Assembly: GCA_041651415.1 (NCBI GenBank)
Contig: JBAZJH010000004.1
Coordinates: 1 to 62,266 of the forward strand
Direction: 5' to 3'
Source: Minisyncoccota bacterium
GTDB lineage: Bacteria > Patescibacteriota > Minisyncoccia > UBA6257 > XYB1-36-10
Length of the DNA: 62,266 nt
In this document: positions 61,109 to 62,266 of the stretch, piece after piece
Layout of the letters: every line of letters begins with the position of its first letter
How positions within the stretch are numbered: position 1 is the first letter of the stretch
The notes under the pieces: model-generated
Databases searched by the model: none
The model's input: the letters and a program-made list of their open reading frames with translations, nothing else
What the model was told of the DNA's origin: nothing
Position numbers and translations under genes: made by a program

Positions 61109-62266
61109 ACGGAAAGAAAAAGCGTGAAATTTTTTATAATGCTTTAGGTGGGGTTGTTTTTGGACTTTTGGCGGTTTTAGGAGCTTCAGTGGCCTTGGCT
61201 TTCACTGAGCCGACAACAGTTCCTTCTATAACTGAGCCGACGAGCGCGGATTCTGTGGGGCAAATTGAGACATCTTTGGGTACGCCAAATAGCGTGACGA
61301 CCGGAACGGATACAATTTTTGGGTATTTGCGGCTTATTTTTACCAATATGGGCAGTTCGCCGGTGGCGCAAACGCCAAATGGAACAGACAGCGCAAAGAT
61401 AACGGATTTGCTTGGAACAAGCGCAACAGTCGCAAACGGCAAAACAGTTTTTAATTTTTTAAAAGCGATAAACGACGGAGTGGCTGATTTTCCGAGTATA
61501 GCCAATGTGAGAAGTATTGATACGGTGGCGGGAGTGTCAGGATTAATCGGGGATTGCGTGGCGACGAACGACACAGGGCAATGTTATATAACACAGACGA
61601 CTAAGAGTGCTCTTGACACAGATTTAGTGACGACAAATATCCGAGCGGGAGTAAATATATTCGGCGTGGCGGGAGATTCTAATGTGGTGAATACTTCAAG
61701 CGGAACGGCGGCAGCCAGTCAAATACTTTCGGGATTAGTGGCGTGGGTAGACGGAGCTTCGGTAACGGGAACAATGGCAAATGTGGGGGCGCAAACAATC
61801 ACACCGTCAACTTCTAATCAAACAATTACAACCGGCTATCATAATGGAACAGGATATTGCGCGGGAGATGCGGATCTAATAGCGGCAAATATAAAAAGCG
61901 GGGCAAATATATTCGGCGTGGCGGGGGATTCCAATGTGGTGAATACTTCAAGCGGAACGGCGGTAGCCAGTCAAATACTTTCGGGATTAGTGGCGTGGGT
62001 AGACGGAGCTTCGGTAACGGGAACAATGGCAAATTGCGCTGCAGATAATGGCGGAACCTGTTATGTTTCGCAAGCAGCGAAAAGCACTTTAGATACGGAT
62101 TTGGTGGCGGCAAACATAAAAAGCGGCGTAAATATATTTGGCGTGGCGGGAAGCATAGCGGAATCGCCGGCGAATTGTTCTTCGGAAGGCCAGCAAAGTT
62201 GCGTGGCGACGGGAAGTTATTATGCTGGAACCTCCAAAATCGTAAGCGATATAACAGTAAGCCAAA
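61087..62266 (+). CDS. Secreted repeat-rich (tail-fibre-like) protein, 3' end truncated by the window edge
   Basis: Not in the ORF track. ATG at 61087 is the first start after TAG 61078-61080 and the frame is open to the end. MRSRNKINGKKKREIFYNALGGVVFGLLAVLGASVALA|FTEP, then three DxDL..xNI(K/R)xGxNIFGVAG repeats. Confidence 0.85.
   Translation, partial: MRSRNKINGKKKREIFYNALGGVVFGLLAVLGASVALAFTEPTTVPSITEPTSADSVGQIETSLGTPNSVTTGTDTIFGYLRLIFTNMGSSPVAQTPNGTDSAKITDLLGTSATVANGKTVFNFLKAINDGVADFPSIANVRSIDTVAGVSGLIGDCVATNDTGQCYITQTTKSALDTDLVTTNIRAGVNIFGVAGDSNVVNTSSGTAAASQILSGLVAWVDGASVTGTMANVGAQTITPSTSNQTITTGYHNGTGYCAGDADLIAANIKSGANIFGVAGDSNVVNTSSGTAVASQILSGLVAWVDGASVTGTMANCAADNGGTCYVSQAAKSTLDTDLVAANIKSGVNIFGVAGSIAESPANCSSEGQQSCVATGSYYAGTSKIVSDITVSQ
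61653..62034 (+). repeat. 130-bp near-identical intragenic direct repeat (61653-61782 and 61905-62034)
   Basis: Three mismatches in 130 bp by manual alignment; 252-bp (84-codon) period. Confidence 0.9.

Noticed and set aside
33-61574. Many antisense or overlapping ORFs in the track (e.g. 33-503, 17332-17850, 42923-43570, 47685-48149, 48579-49136, 51763-52242, 61134-61574)
   Set aside because: They lie opposite or within well-supported genes, have no motifs, and have the low-complexity composition expected from shadow frames of skewed DNA.
1-62266. Alternative genetic code (TGA = Gly, as in Gracilibacteria/SR1)
   Set aside because: TGA ends several complete genes at ATGA overlaps (813, 7475, 9610) and all proteins are full length in code 11.
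1-62266. tRNA, rRNA, transposase or prophage genes
   Set aside because: No cloverleaf, rRNA-like sequence, DDE/HUH/integrase motifs or phage structural genes were recognised; the tail-fibre-like ORF has a signal peptide and a cellular context.

Overview
This 62 kb window is bacterial, uses the standard genetic code, and looks like Patescibacteria/CPR (Parcubacteria-like). That assignment is an inference from gene content and style: SPW-repeat, lamin-tail, DUF192 and FTEP-type secreted proteins, promoters placed for leaderless transcripts, and dense small palindromes. (1) About 1-48 kb is one very large surface-glycosylation locus. It holds many GT4/GT2 and two GT-C glycosyltransferases, nine class I methyltransferase domains, and an ABC-type plus a Wzx-type flippase. 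It also has an initiating phosphoglycosyltransferase and an O-antigen-ligase/TPR protein. A pseudaminic-acid-type pathway (pseB, pseC, SpsF-type cytidylyltransferase, pseI/neuB) lacks canonical pseG/pseH but comes with formyltransferases, a PIG-L deacetylase, WbqC, a FemAB-like GNAT, an AKR, a class III aminotransferase and a radical SAM enzyme. A sulfation module pairs a sulfotransferase with a single 927-aa pyruvate kinase-ATP sulfurylase-APS kinase triple fusion. (2) About 48-57 kb has trxB, small orphan genes, a lamin-tail protein, a SpoU methyltransferase, DUF192, gap, a four-helix-bundle gene, rpiB and rpe. (3) About 57-62 kb has pilC, two pilin-like genes, a DUF1566 protein and a repeat-rich secreted protein that runs off the window and is missing from the ORF track. 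The non-coding DNA is unusually structured. There is a four-copy stem-loop/pseudoknot element with compensatory base changes and a conserved SD-GTG mini-ORF. There are nested REP-like palindromes inserted in frame into genes, and 7-9 nt periodic tracts that bracket the four-helix-bundle gene in inverted orientation. No tRNA, rRNA, CRISPR, transposase or reverse transcriptase was seen. All family calls are motif recognition by eye; no database searches were run.
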